Shown: in pieces, positions 29,923 to 39,704 of the stretch
How the letters are laid out: each line of letters opens with the position of its first letter
Numbering within the stretch: the first letter of the stretch is position 1
NCBI GenBank assembly: GCA_965205505.1
Contig: CBDBHB010000009.1
Location: 800,001 to 864,000 of the forward strand
Reading direction: 5' to 3'
DNA: 64,000 nucleotides
Source: Acidobacteriota bacterium
GTDB taxonomy: Bacteria > Acidobacteriota > UBA890 > WLXD01
Notes under the pieces: generated by a model
What the model saw: the letters and a program-made list of their open reading frames with translations, nothing else
Told to the model about the DNA's origin: nothing
Databases searched by the model: none
Program-made: the position numbers and the translations under genes

Positions 29923-30318
29923 ATGCTCGAGGAGCTCGAGCGCAGCTATGCCGCCATGGACGCAGATGGCTTCTTGGCGCTGTTCACTGAGGACGTCGTG
30001 CAGCACGACGTCAACCGGCGAGTGCTGATCGAGGGTATCGACGCCTGGCGGGAGCAAACGGAGACCATCAACTCGGCACATCGCGCCATGACCCGGATAC
30101 ACCATGGGCGCGTGCTCACCGGCCAATGGCTCATCGTTGAGATCGAATGGACCGGAACCGTGATCGGAGCGGCGGTCGGGGCGAAAGAGGACCGTGACTA
30201 CAACTATCAAGGGATGCGGCTGCTGGAGCTCGCCGATGGCCGAATCCGGCGTCAGCTCATCTACAGCGACTATGTGACCCTGGCCGAACAGCTCGGGCTC
30301 GGTGGCCAACCGCGGTGA
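29923..30318 (+). CDS. SnoaL/NTF2-like protein, possibly N-terminally truncated
   Basis: YAAMDADGFLALFTEDVV.HD...EWTGT...LELADGRIRR pattern. Confidence 0.7.
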   Translation: MLEELERSYAAMDADGFLALFTEDVVQHDVNRRVLIEGIDAWREQTETINSAHRAMTRIHHGRVLTGQWLIVEIEWTGTVIGAAVGAKEDRDYNYQGMRLLELADGRIRRQLIYSDYVTLAEQLGLGGQPR

Positions 30319-30371
30319 TGAGACGGGTCTGGCTGCTCCTGTTCGCGACGATCCGCGGGTGAGAGTTGATC

Positions 30372-30590
30372 TCAGGGTAGCAAGGGGTTGGTTACCTTCA
30401 GCTCCGGGAACCTGCCGAAGTCGCGGTCTGCGCTCCAGAGCTCGCTGACCCAATTGCTATCCACCGCGATCAAGCGCCGCGGCCCTCGTAGGCCAGCTCC
30501 ATCAAGGGCGGCGCGAAGGCCTTCGTCGATGAGTGCGCGGAGCGTAGTTCTCTCGTCGGCAGCTACTTTCTTGGCGCGTTTCAGGAGATC
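30372..30590 (-). pseudogene. Collapsed VapBC toxin-antitoxin module
   Basis: Antitoxin piece DLLKRAKKVAADERTTLRALIDEGLR, toxin start LIAVDSN joined directly to toxin end SELWSADRDFGRFPELKVTNPL. Confidence 0.75.
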
Positions 30591-30601
30591 AGGAGCACTA
30601 G
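30587..30601 (+). repeat. Solo terminus of MITE family B
   Basis: GATCAGGAGCACTAG, identical to the end of the 33151-33429 element. Confidence 0.75.
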
Positions 30602-30736
30602 TCGGGATGAGACGGACCCGGGTCGCGACGAAGTCGGCCGGAGTCGCCATCGGACCGGCAGGGGGGTATCCTGTGATCGCCCATCTGACCGGCCGTGATC
30701 GCGGCCCCCAACCCGTGTATCTGACGAGGTTCGTCG

Positions 30737-33154
30737 ATGGGCTCGCCCGACGGTCTCTACGTAATCGGCCTGGACCAGCTGGACCGCACGGATGTCGACC
30801 GGGTGGGCGGCAAGAGCGCGTCGCTCGGCGAGATGGTGCGCCTGCTGTCAGGGTCGCCCGTTGGCGTTCCACCGGGGTTCGCGGTGACAACGGCGGCGTT
30901 CACACGCATCCTCGACGCGGCGCCCGGCACCCGCCGGCAGATCGTGAGCGAGCTAATGGCGATCGACTACGACAACTTCGAGAGCCTGTTCCGCGGCGCC
31001 AGCCACTGCCGCGACTTGGTGATTAACCTCGACATCCCCGGCGACGTCGCCGAGGCGGTCACCGAGGCCTACGCGGCACTCGAAGAGACGGCCGACATGA
31101 AGAACGTCGACGTGGCGGTGTGTTCGAGCGCGGTGTCGGAAGACTCAGCCGAAGCCTCGTTCGCCGGTCAATACGAGTCGTTCTTGGGCGTGCGCGGGCG
31201 CAGCAATGTGCTCAGCGCCTGCCGTGACTGTTTCACCTCGTTCTTCACCAGCCGCGGCGTCGATTACCGGCATCGCTGTGGCTTGCCCGACGATACCTTC
31301 GACTTCGCGGTGACGGTGCAGCGCATGGCGCGCAGCGACCAGGCGTGCTCTGGGGTGATGTTCACCATGGACCCCGACAGCGGCGCTCGCGACTTCCTCC
31401 TGCTGACCGCTAGTTGGGGGCTCGGCGAGCCCATCGTCCAGGGTCAGGTGAGCCCGGACGAAGTCTTGATCTTCAAACCCACGCTGCTCAAGGGCCCGCC
31501 GCTGGACCCGGTGATCTCGCACGAACGCGGTGCCAAAGAGGTCAAGATGGTTTATGCCTGGGGCGGTACGGCCACCACAGAGATCATCGAGACTACGCCG
31601 GAGGAGCGCGACGTGTTCAGCATCGAGCGATCAGACGTGCTCGAGTTTGCCACGGCCGCTTGCCGACTCGAGGAGGCCTACGGAGTCCCGCTCGACATCG
31701 AGTGGGCCAGGGACGGCGTGGTCGATCGCCTGTTCTTGGTGCAGGCGCGCCCCATAACCGTGCACCGCGAGCAAGTGCAGACGACCCTCGAGCGCTACCG
31801 GATCGGCGACAACGGACCTCCGCTGGTCATCGGTCAGGCGGTGGGCAACAAAGTGGCGGCGGGGGCGACGCGCGTAATCCATGACATCCATGGGATCGAT
31901 GCCTTCCACGAGGGCGAGGTGTTGGTGACCGAGCGCACCGATCCGGACTGGGAGCCGGTGATGAAGCTGGCCGCGGCCATCGTTACGGATACCGGCGGAC
32001 GCACCTCGCACGCGGCGATCGTGGCGCGCGAGATCGGTGTGCCATGCGTGGTTGGCGCCGCCGATGCCACCACCGTGCTCGCTGAGCACGAAGAGATCAC
32101 CGTGAGCTGCATCGAAGAGCAGGGTTTCGTCTATTCGGGGCTGCGGAGCTTCGAGCACGAGGTGATCGATCTCGCCGCGATCCCGCAGACACGCACCGAC
32201 GTGATGGTGATTGTTGGCAACCCGTCGCGCGCCATTCAGCAGGCGCGGCTTCCGACTCGAGGCGTGGGCCTGGCGCGACTGGAGTTCATCATCGCCAGCC
32301 AGATCGGCATCCATCCACGAGCGCTGCTGGAGCCCGAGCAGCTGAGCGACGAGGAGCGCGTGGCCATCGGCGAGCGCACCAGGGCCTACGAGTCGGGCCG
32401 CGAGTACTTTATCGATCGGCTCGCCGACGGTGTGGCGATGATCGGTGCCGCCTTCCACCCTCACGACGTCATCGTGCGGCTGTCGGATTTCAAGTCCAAT
32501 GAGTACCGAGGTTTGCTCGGCGGCCGTCACTTCGAGCCGCATGGGGAGAACCCGATGCTCGGATGGCGTGGTGCCTGCCGCTACATCAGCCCCGAGTATC
32601 GCGAAGCGTTTCGCCTGGAGTGTGAGGCGCTCAAGCGCGCCCGCGAGCAGATGGGCCTGCCCGACATCAAGGTGATGGTGCCCTTCGCCCGCACCGTGCC
32701 CGAACTCGAGGCAACGATCGAGCTGCTGGCCGAATTCGGCCTCCGTCGCGGCGATGCCGGCCTGGAGATCTACATGATGGTCGAGGTGCCCTCCAACGTG
32801 ATCCTGTTGCGCGATTTCGCCCAGCACGTCGACGGGCTGAGCATCGGCAGCAACGACCTGACGCAGTTGGCACTCGGGCTGGATCGCGACGCCGGCGGTG
32901 CTGTGGCCCAGATCGGCGACGAGCGCGACCCGGCGGTTCAGGCGATGTTGCGCATGGCGCTTCGCACGGTTCGCGAGTTGCGCGAGGAAGGCCAGCAGAT
33001 CCGCATCGGTATCTGCGGGCAGGCACCGTCGGACTTTCCCGAAATCACCCGTCTCTTGGTAGCGGAGGGCATCGACAGCATCTCGGTGACTCCCGATGCG
33101 GTGGTGCAGACGATTCTCACGGTTGCCGAGGTCGAGGACGCGGATTACTCCTAG
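30737..33154 (+). CDS. ppsA: Phosphoenolpyruvate synthase
   Basis: VGGKSASLGEM, SFAGQYES, DIEWA, GGRTSHAAIVARE (phospho-His), SIGSNDLTQ, GICGQAPSD. Confidence 0.95.
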   Translation: MGSPDGLYVIGLDQLDRTDVDRVGGKSASLGEMVRLLSGSPVGVPPGFAVTTAAFTRILDAAPGTRRQIVSELMAIDYDNFESLFRGASHCRDLVINLDIPGDVAEAVTEAYAALEETADMKNVDVAVCSSAVSEDSAEASFAGQYESFLGVRGRSNVLSACRDCFTSFFTSRGVDYRHRCGLPDDTFDFAVTVQRMARSDQACSGVMFTMDPDSGARDFLLLTASWGLGEPIVQGQVSPDEVLIFKPTLLKGPPLDPVISHERGAKEVKMVYAWGGTATTEIIETTPEERDVFSIERSDVLEFATAACRLEEAYGVPLDIEWARDGVVDRLFLVQARPITVHREQVQTTLERYRIGDNGPPLVIGQAVGNKVAAGATRVIHDIHGIDAFHEGEVLVTERTDPDWEPVMKLAAAIVTDTGGRTSHAAIVAREIGVPCVVGAADATTVLAEHEEITVSCIEEQGFVYSGLRSFEHEVIDLAAIPQTRTDVMVIVGNPSRAIQQARLPTRGVGLARLEFIIASQIGIHPRALLEPEQLSDEERVAIGERTRAYESGREYFIDRLADGVAMIGAAFHPHDVIVRLSDFKSNEYRGLLGGRHFEPHGENPMLGWRGACRYISPEYREAFRLECEALKRAREQMGLPDIKVMVPFARTVPELEATIELLAEFGLRRGDAGLEIYMMVEVPSNVILLRDFAQHVDGLSIGSNDLTQLALGLDRDAGGAVAQIGDERDPAVQAMLRMALRTVRELREEGQQIRIGICGQAPSDFPEITRLLVAEGIDSISVTPDAVVQTILTVAEVEDADYS

Positions 33155-33429
33155 TGCTCCTGATCATAAGTACGGTGACGTTTGTGGCGCGCGCGAGCGG
33201 GGCGAATTGTAGGAGCGGCGACGAGGGCGATGCTGGGTGTATCGTCGAGGCGCCGCGACGCCCAAGGTGGCCGGTCCCGCGGCCACCCGGAGGGCAGGAG
33301 CGATATGCGGGCGATCTCGGCGTCAGGGCTCGTCGAGGATGGCTAAGGCATCGCCTTCCTCACCCTTCCTTGATCTCGCCCGCATCTCGCTCCTGCAAAC
33401 GTCACCGTACTTATGATCAGGAGCACTAG
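33151..33429. mobile_element. MITE (family B), 279 bp, with perfect 34-bp terminal inverted repeats including CTAG
   Basis: CTAGTGCTCCTGATCATAAGTACGGTGACGTTTG (33151-33184) is the exact reverse complement of 33396-33429; no credible coding content. Confidence 0.92.
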
Positions 33430-33435
33430 TCCGAG

Positions 33436-33459
33436 CACACTTCCACCACGGCCCGCTAG
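33436..33459 (+). repeat. Family A element end
   Basis: CACACTTCCACCACGGCCCGCTAG, abutting the MITE. Confidence 0.8.
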
Positions 33460-33491
33460 GGGAGGGATGGCCTGGGAGGGCCTGAGTTCAC

Positions 33492-36400
33492 GTGCCGCTG
33501 AAGCTGATTCGCGCCCCCTCCACCCGCACCCTGTGGGATACCTGTGTCGATCGCTTTCTCGACGAGGTGGGGGATAACCCCGGTCCCTCGGGCTTCGCGG
33601 CGCACCTCTGGGTAACGCACCGCAATCAGCGGGACCTGCTGCTGGAGCGCGCCGCGGCACGTGGCGTGAACGGGTGGCTGGGGCCGCCGATCACAGACTT
33701 CCGTGATCTGCATCGGCGCTTCGATATCCGCGGCAAGCCCGTCGGGCTGCTGACGCGCCGGCGATTGATCAGCCGCGTGGCCAGGCGGATCGGTCGGCAG
33801 GTTGGGCTGACCGACCCGAGCCACACCGACGGGGTGGTTCGCGGCCACATGCTCGATGCGCTGTTCGGTGAGTTGTTGCCAGAGGGCGTCGACCCAGTGC
33901 GGTTGGAGGGTGCTTTGGCGAGCGTCGGCGACGACGCCTTCGCGCGTCGGCGCAACGAGTGGATCGTCAGCGCCTACTCCACCTACCTGGCAGAGCTAAG
34001 CGAGCGTGAGTTGTTCGACATGCGCTCCAGCTGGGCGGCGATTGCTGCTCGTGTCGACGAGGGCGCCCTGGTGGAGGCGCTGGGCGGTGCAACACGTCTT
34101 TATCTGTACGGGCTCTACATGACGCGATCGCGTCGGCGCCTTCTAACGTCGCTGGCGGTGCAAGGTGATGTGGATGTTCAGCTCTTCGTGCTCGGGGAGC
34201 CGGAGGCCGAGGAGCTGTGCGAGCTGAGCGACGATCTCGAGGACATCCCCGGCGCCGCGTCACCTCCTGCTTGTGTCCAACCGGCTCCCGACACGCAGCG
34301 CGAGCTCGCCTGGATCGCCCGCGAAGTGAAGAGCTTGCTGGTGCGCGGCGACGTTCGCCCGCACCAGATCGCGGTCGTCGCACGCAGCGGACACGAAGAC
34401 ACCGGTCGAGCCTACAACGCGCTACGAAGCGCCGGTGTTCCGTGTACGGCGGTGATCCGGTCGCGCCTGACGGAGATCGGCGCGCTCAAGGCGCTGCTGT
34501 TGGCGTTCCGGGGCGCCGCCTCGGGATGGAGCTACCGTGCCCTGCGCGCCGTTCTTGACAACGCCTACTACGAGATCGATATCGACCTGCGCCCGATCGA
34601 CCACATCGCCACGCAGCGCCGCGTCGCCGGCCTCGATGCCTGGCAACGGCGGCTCAGCGAGCTCGCCGAGAACGTGCCGCACGCTAAGCGATCCACCTGG
34701 GGTACGGGGTTGGCGCGGCAGCGCTTGCGACAGGACGTGGTGCGGTTCGCGTCGCTGCGTGTCGTGCTCGAGGAGCTCAGCACGCCGCGCAGCGAGGGGG
34801 CATGGATCGAGCTGACGCTGACCTTGTTGCGCCACGGACTGTTCGAGCTGCGTCGCCGCGTATGTGAGCCGGTGGCTGGACGCTGGGACGTGGTTCGCCT
34901 GGACCAGCGGGGCCTGGTGCAGACCGAGAATCTACTGCGCGAATGGGCGACGCTCGATCACCCTGATACTCCGCTCGGCGCCGACGAATGGTACGAGCTA
35001 CTGCAAAGACTGCTAGAGGCGAACGAGCTCAGCATCACCACCCCGATGCACAAGGGCGTGCAGGTGCTCGAGGCGCACGATGCAGCGCTCACGCCGTTCC
35101 GTCAGGTGTTCGTGATGCATGCCAACGACGGCGCCTTCCCACAGCGTGCCTCTGCTGGCGGCGTGCTGTCGAACGAGGAACGCCTGCAGTTGCGCGAGCA
35201 GCAGGGGCTGCCGCTGGCGCATCGCGAGCTTGCGTTGCGGCGCGAGCGGGCGTTATGGCGTGCCGTCACCGGAGCAGGAGACGTGCGGATCACCTATCGA
35301 AGCGCCGACCCGACGGGTACGCCGTTGATGCCGTCGCTGATGGTGCCGCCACACGATCCCGGGTCTGGGCTGCCGCGTACACGCGACCTCTGGGACGACC
35401 CGGCTACCGCGGCGCAAGCGAATCGGCTCGCGGCGCACCGCTTGTTCGATGGTCGCACCGAAGGTTCGATCGCGCCGGCCTCGGAGGAGCTCGTCCGCCA
35501 TGCGGTTCTCGTTGCGGTGGCGGAGTCGCATCGCGACACTGGCCATGAGGCGCTGCATTCAGCGCACCCGGCGTATCGGCCCAACGCGTGGAATGGCGAG
35601 TTGCGCGATCCGCGTGTGCTGGACTGGCTGGCGTCGCGTTTCAACGAGCAGACCATGTGGTCGGCCAGCGCGCTGGAGACCTACGCGAGGAACCCATTCA
35701 TGTTTCTCGTCAAGAGGATCCTTCGTCTCGACGAGGTCGTTGAGGCCGAAGAGGAGACCACGCCGCTGGTGTTCGGCGCCGTGGCGCACGATCTGCTCGA
35801 ACGCTTCTACAGCCTGTTGAAGGACGATGTGCCGCCTAGCTTCGACCGCCGCGCGGAAGCTGCGTTCACCGAGGCGGCTGCCGAAGTCATTGTCGATCGT
35901 GAGATCAGCGATGAATGGACCGGCGCGCCGCTTCTCTGGCGCCAGGAGTGCGAGGCGATCCTTGTTCGCGTTCGCGAGTATCTCGCCTGGGAGCTTGGCC
36001 ACTTGGCAGAGAAAGGCGAGCGGCCGTTCCTCATCGAGTACAACTTCGGTGACGACGGCGGGGTGCTCATAGAAGGTATGGATGTGGAGGACCGGCCGGC
36101 CTGGCTGCGGCTGCGCGGGCGCATCGATCGCGTCGACCTTACCGGGGCCGGTCCGCCGGGTCCGGAGGGCCCCGCCACGTCGAACGTCCTGGACTACAAG
36201 AGCGGCAAGACTCCCAGCGCCAACGACTTCGTCGACGGCACCGCGCTCCAGGCGCCCCTCTACATGCAGGCGCTCGAGAACGCCGGTCATCACGTCGGCA
36301 TCGGATTCTACCGGTCGCTCAAGAAGGGCGGCGGCAAGTACACGCAGTACGCTGGCAAGATCCGCCGCAACGAAGCCAAGTACGACGTGGCGCTGCAGTT

Positions 36401-36548
36401 TGCGCTTAGCATCCCGGGCCGTATCCGCGCCGGAATGTTCGAGCCGGTGCGTTCGCTGCGGGCAGGCCGTTGGCCGGCATACGAGCCCGATCGCGGCATC
36501 GCGCGAAGCGCGGCGCAGCTTCCCGAGGGAAGCCGCTTCGATGCCTGA
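33492..36548 (+). CDS. addB: AddB-like subunit (inactive helicase body plus PD-(D/E)XK nuclease)
   Basis: QIAVVAR, SASALETY, FGAVAHDLLERF, LRGRIDRVD, VLDYKSG, LQAPLY; directly upstream of the UvrD helicase-nuclease. Confidence 0.8.
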   Translation: MPLKLIRAPSTRTLWDTCVDRFLDEVGDNPGPSGFAAHLWVTHRNQRDLLLERAAARGVNGWLGPPITDFRDLHRRFDIRGKPVGLLTRRRLISRVARRIGRQVGLTDPSHTDGVVRGHMLDALFGELLPEGVDPVRLEGALASVGDDAFARRRNEWIVSAYSTYLAELSERELFDMRSSWAAIAARVDEGALVEALGGATRLYLYGLYMTRSRRRLLTSLAVQGDVDVQLFVLGEPEAEELCELSDDLEDIPGAASPPACVQPAPDTQRELAWIAREVKSLLVRGDVRPHQIAVVARSGHEDTGRAYNALRSAGVPCTAVIRSRLTEIGALKALLLAFRGAASGWSYRALRAVLDNAYYEIDIDLRPIDHIATQRRVAGLDAWQRRLSELAENVPHAKRSTWGTGLARQRLRQDVVRFASLRVVLEELSTPRSEGAWIELTLTLLRHGLFELRRRVCEPVAGRWDVVRLDQRGLVQTENLLREWATLDHPDTPLGADEWYELLQRLLEANELSITTPMHKGVQVLEAHDAALTPFRQVFVMHANDGAFPQRASAGGVLSNEERLQLREQQGLPLAHRELALRRERALWRAVTGAGDVRITYRSADPTGTPLMPSLMVPPHDPGSGLPRTRDLWDDPATAAQANRLAAHRLFDGRTEGSIAPASEELVRHAVLVAVAESHRDTGHEALHSAHPAYRPNAWNGELRDPRVLDWLASRFNEQTMWSASALETYARNPFMFLVKRILRLDEVVEAEEETTPLVFGAVAHDLLERFYSLLKDDVPPSFDRRAEAAFTEAAAEVIVDREISDEWTGAPLLWRQECEAILVRVREYLAWELGHLAEKGERPFLIEYNFGDDGGVLIEGMDVEDRPAWLRLRGRIDRVDLTGAGPPGPEGPATSNVLDYKSGKTPSANDFVDGTALQAPLYMQALENAGHHVGIGFYRSLKKGGGKYTQYAGKIRRNEAKYDVALQFALSIPGRIRAGMFEPVRSLRAGRWPAYEPDRGIARSAAQLPEGSRFDA

Positions 36549-39500
36549 GCTGCGCTGGACTCCGCAGCAGGCGCGCGCCATCACCGCCGCCGGAAGCACG
36601 TTGTTGGAAGCCAACGCTGGCACCGGTAAGACCGCCACCGTGATCGGCAAGATCCAGTGGCTGCTGGGACTCGCCCTGCCACCGGATCGGGAGGGCAAGA
36701 TGCTGCCGCCGTGCGCGCAGCCCTGCGACCTACATGAGATTGCCGCCATCACGTTCACCGAGAAAGCAGCCTACGATCTCAAGCGCAAGCTGCGCGAGGT
36801 GATCGAGGAGTCGGAGCGCGCCGACGAGCTACGCTGGCAGATCGACCGCGCCTCCATCGGCACCATTCACTCGTTTTGTGCCGAGCTGTTGCGCGACCAT
36901 GCGCTGCGCCTCGGCATCGATCCGACATTCGGCGTGCTGGATTCGCGCCAGTCATGGGCCGCCCAGGACGACATCATCCGCGGGGTGATCTACGAAGCGT
37001 TAGAGGCCGAGGATCCCGGAACTGGCGATCTGTTGCGCATCCACAAGTTGAGCGGCTGGCAGCACACGAACGGAGCCATCGACCACGTGCGCAAGCTGAT
37101 GAGCGACCTTCGCTGGCATGGCGACCGTTACACGGCGTGGAAAAGTGATGGCCGCCTCGATCGTCAAGCGCTACGCGCCCTCGCAGGCGTCTGGGACGAC
37201 GCCACCGACGAGGCGGTGCTTGCCCACTGCGATTCCCTACTGCGCTTGGCGAGCAGCGCCCTGACACGCTGGGAGGCACACCTGGTAGGCGAGAATGTGC
37301 GCGACTTCGATTCGCTCATTCTCGATGCTCGTACGCTGCTCACCGGCGACGATGGTGGGGCGGCGCTCGAGAGCATCCGGCGTCGATATCGGATCCTTGT
37401 CATCGACGAGCTCCAGGACACCGATTTCGCACAACGCGACATCGCGTTCGCCATTGCCGGGCTGGACCGAGGGCATGCTTTGCCGCGGCCGCAGCTGTTT
37501 CTTGTGGGCGACCCGAAGCAGAGCATTTACCGGTTTCGCGGCGCTGATATCTCGGTGTGGAACGGGGTGCGGGAGGCGATTCGTACCGAGGGAGAGGTGA
37601 TGCAACTGTCGGAGAACTTCCGCTGTGCGCCGCCCATCATCGGCCTGGTGAACGACGTGTCGGCCGCCGCCATGGCCGACGTCGGGCTTGCTCTTCAGGT
37701 CGAGAGTCCGGGGAGCGTGATCGCCTACAGCGAGCTGGTCGCAGCTCGCGCGGAGACGCCCACGGCTCGGCTCGAGTGGTTGGTGGCGGACAAGACCGGT
37801 GGCCGCGGCAAGAACGATCCGCAAGCCGAGGCAGCGCAGGTGGCCGCCCGCATCGAGGAGATGGTTGGGGTCGAGACCGTGTTGGAGGGAGGCTCGGAGG
37901 CGGAGCGCCCCATTGCCTATCGCGACATCGCCGTGCTGTATCGGAGCCGCGCAACGCTGCGTTACTTCGAGGCGGCGCTGGGACGCCGGCGGATTCCCTA
38001 CACCATTGCCGGGGCGCCGCACCTCGGCGACCGGCAAGAGATTCTCGACCTCCTGAACGCTCTGCGCTTGATCCGCAACCCGCACGACGATCTGCGGGCA
38101 TTCGGGTTCCTGCGCTCGCCGTTCGTATGCCTGCGCGATGAGGTTGTAGCTCACATTCGGCTCGAGGCGCGCGGGCCCGATTTGCTCCGCCAGTGTGAGC
38201 AATACCTGCGCCAAGGGGAGTGGTACGAGGCCCCTGAGCACGACCAGATCAGCAGCCTCGAGCGCCGAGCGCTGGAGCGTGGTCTCCAGGCGTTGCGCCA
38301 GGCCCGCGCGCTGGTGCATCGCGCGCCGCTGGACGAGGTGCTGTCGCGCTTGCTCGACGACACTGGCTACCGTCTGCACCTGCACATGCGTCGGCGTCGC
38401 GAAGAGCAGCTGGCCAACATCCAGAGCTTTATCCAGTTCACCGAGGCGTACCGAGATCTCGACATCGGGACGTTCCTCGAGGTCTGGGACCGCTGGGACG
38501 AGCAGGACAATGGCCTGCCGCAGGCGCCGCTCTACAGCAACGAGGATGACGTCGTGACGCTGACGACCATCCACCGCGCCAAGGGGCTGGAATGGCCGGT
38601 GGTCTTCCTGGTGGGCATCGGCCGGAAGCTGGGCCACGATCCTTGGGGAAGGTTCTGGAGCGACCGCGAGCTCGGCCCGCTGCTCAACCCTCCCAGGTCC
38701 GATCGCGGCGCGCGCGCGCAGCGAATACACGATCGCGAGCGACTCGAGGATCGGGCCGAGGAGGCGCGACTGCTCTACGTGGCCATCACCCGCGCGCGCG
38801 ATCGACTGTTGGTGGTTGGGGCACACGAGGACAACAGCTATGCCGCCTGGCTGCGGCACGGTATTGACCGCAATCCGGTGTTCGTCCGCGAGGAGCCTGC
38901 CTCCGAGCCGCCGCTCGACCCAGCTTCGTTGGTCAGCCTCGGTTGGCTCGACGGCATGCGCGTTGAAGAGCCCGATCACCTGGTAGCGCCGATCGCCGAG
39001 CCTCCGCCTCGCTTCGTGCAGTCGGCCACTGAGCTCATGATGCGCGAACGGGACGAAGACGAGTGGGAGCGCCGCTATCGACATGGTGTACAGGCGTCGA
39101 GCGAGTTCGTGATGCAGCCGGCCGACGGAGAGCCGGCGCTAAAGCCAACTGTGCGCGGCACTTTGATCCACGGGGTGCTCGAGCGCATCCAGCAGGAAGA
39201 CGAGCTGGCCGCCATTCTCGAAGAAACCATCGGCGGGCTCGACGATCCCGAGCTCGAACGGTTCATGAGCTCCCACTCGCGCTACCGGGCGGCGCTCGAA
39301 GACGAGATCCGCAGAATCGTACGTTCCGACGCCTGGAAGTGGTACGTCGAGGGCGAGAACTACCGGGAGCTGAGCTTCTTGCACCTACGCGCGGCACGCG
39401 ACTGGCGAGTCGGGGCCTTCGATCTGTATCGCCCCGGCGACCCCGACACCTGGGTGGTCGACTTCAAGACCCACGAGATCGGTGCCGACGAGGTGGCCGC

Positions 39501-39663
39501 GGTCGCTGCGGGTTATCGGATTCAGGCGCAGGTCTATCGACAGGCGGCGCAGGTTGCCGGGCCGGCGCGGGTCCGGTTGCACTTCACCGAGCCCGGCAAG
39601 CTCATCGACGATCTCGGCGTCGAGTCGTCCCGCGACGGGAAGGAGCAGGGAACGCTCTTCTAA
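36541..39663 (+). CDS. addA: AddA-like UvrD helicase/nuclease
   Basis: EANAGTGKT, ITFTEKAA, TIHSF, IDELQDT, VGDPKQSIYRFRGAD, TIHRAKGLEW, LYVAITRARD, GTLIHGVLE, VVDFKT. Start MPELRW at 36541. Confidence 0.88.
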   Translation: MPELRWTPQQARAITAAGSTLLEANAGTGKTATVIGKIQWLLGLALPPDREGKMLPPCAQPCDLHEIAAITFTEKAAYDLKRKLREVIEESERADELRWQIDRASIGTIHSFCAELLRDHALRLGIDPTFGVLDSRQSWAAQDDIIRGVIYEALEAEDPGTGDLLRIHKLSGWQHTNGAIDHVRKLMSDLRWHGDRYTAWKSDGRLDRQALRALAGVWDDATDEAVLAHCDSLLRLASSALTRWEAHLVGENVRDFDSLILDARTLLTGDDGGAALESIRRRYRILVIDELQDTDFAQRDIAFAIAGLDRGHALPRPQLFLVGDPKQSIYRFRGADISVWNGVREAIRTEGEVMQLSENFRCAPPIIGLVNDVSAAAMADVGLALQVESPGSVIAYSELVAARAETPTARLEWLVADKTGGRGKNDPQAEAAQVAARIEEMVGVETVLEGGSEAERPIAYRDIAVLYRSRATLRYFEAALGRRRIPYTIAGAPHLGDRQEILDLLNALRLIRNPHDDLRAFGFLRSPFVCLRDEVVAHIRLEARGPDLLRQCEQYLRQGEWYEAPEHDQISSLERRALERGLQALRQARALVHRAPLDEVLSRLLDDTGYRLHLHMRRRREEQLANIQSFIQFTEAYRDLDIGTFLEVWDRWDEQDNGLPQAPLYSNEDDVVTLTTIHRAKGLEWPVVFLVGIGRKLGHDPWGRFWSDRELGPLLNPPRSDRGARAQRIHDRERLEDRAEEARLLYVAITRARDRLLVVGAHEDNSYAAWLRHGIDRNPVFVREEPASEPPLDPASLVSLGWLDGMRVEEPDHLVAPIAEPPPRFVQSATELMMRERDEDEWERRYRHGVQASSEFVMQPADGEPALKPTVRGTLIHGVLERIQQEDELAAILEETIGGLDDPELERFMSSHSRYRAALEDEIRRIVRSDAWKWYVEGENYRELSFLHLRAARDWRVGAFDLYRPGDPDTWVVDFKTHEIGADEVAAVAAGYRIQAQVYRQAAQVAGPARVRLHFTEPGKLIDDLGVESSRDGKEQGTLF

Positions 39664-39666
39664 CTC

Positions 39667-39698
39667 CCGCCACGGTTCCACCACGGCCTGCTAGCTAG
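39667..39698 (+). repeat. Family A element end with tandem CTAGCTAG
   Basis: CCGCCACGGTTCCACCACGGCCTGCTAGCTAG between convergent addA and vapC. Confidence 0.8.
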
Positions 39699-39704
39699 CG
39701 GCGC

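Noticed and set aside
33154-33429. 91-aa ORF MLLIISTVTF... and its mirror on the minus strand
   Set aside because: Both are translations of the MITE terminal inverted repeats.
37237-39084. Long antisense or alternate-frame ORFs (this 615-aa ORF, also 52582-54648 and 62234-63997)
   Set aside because: They are shadows of well-supported genes in high-GC DNA and have no recognisable motifs.
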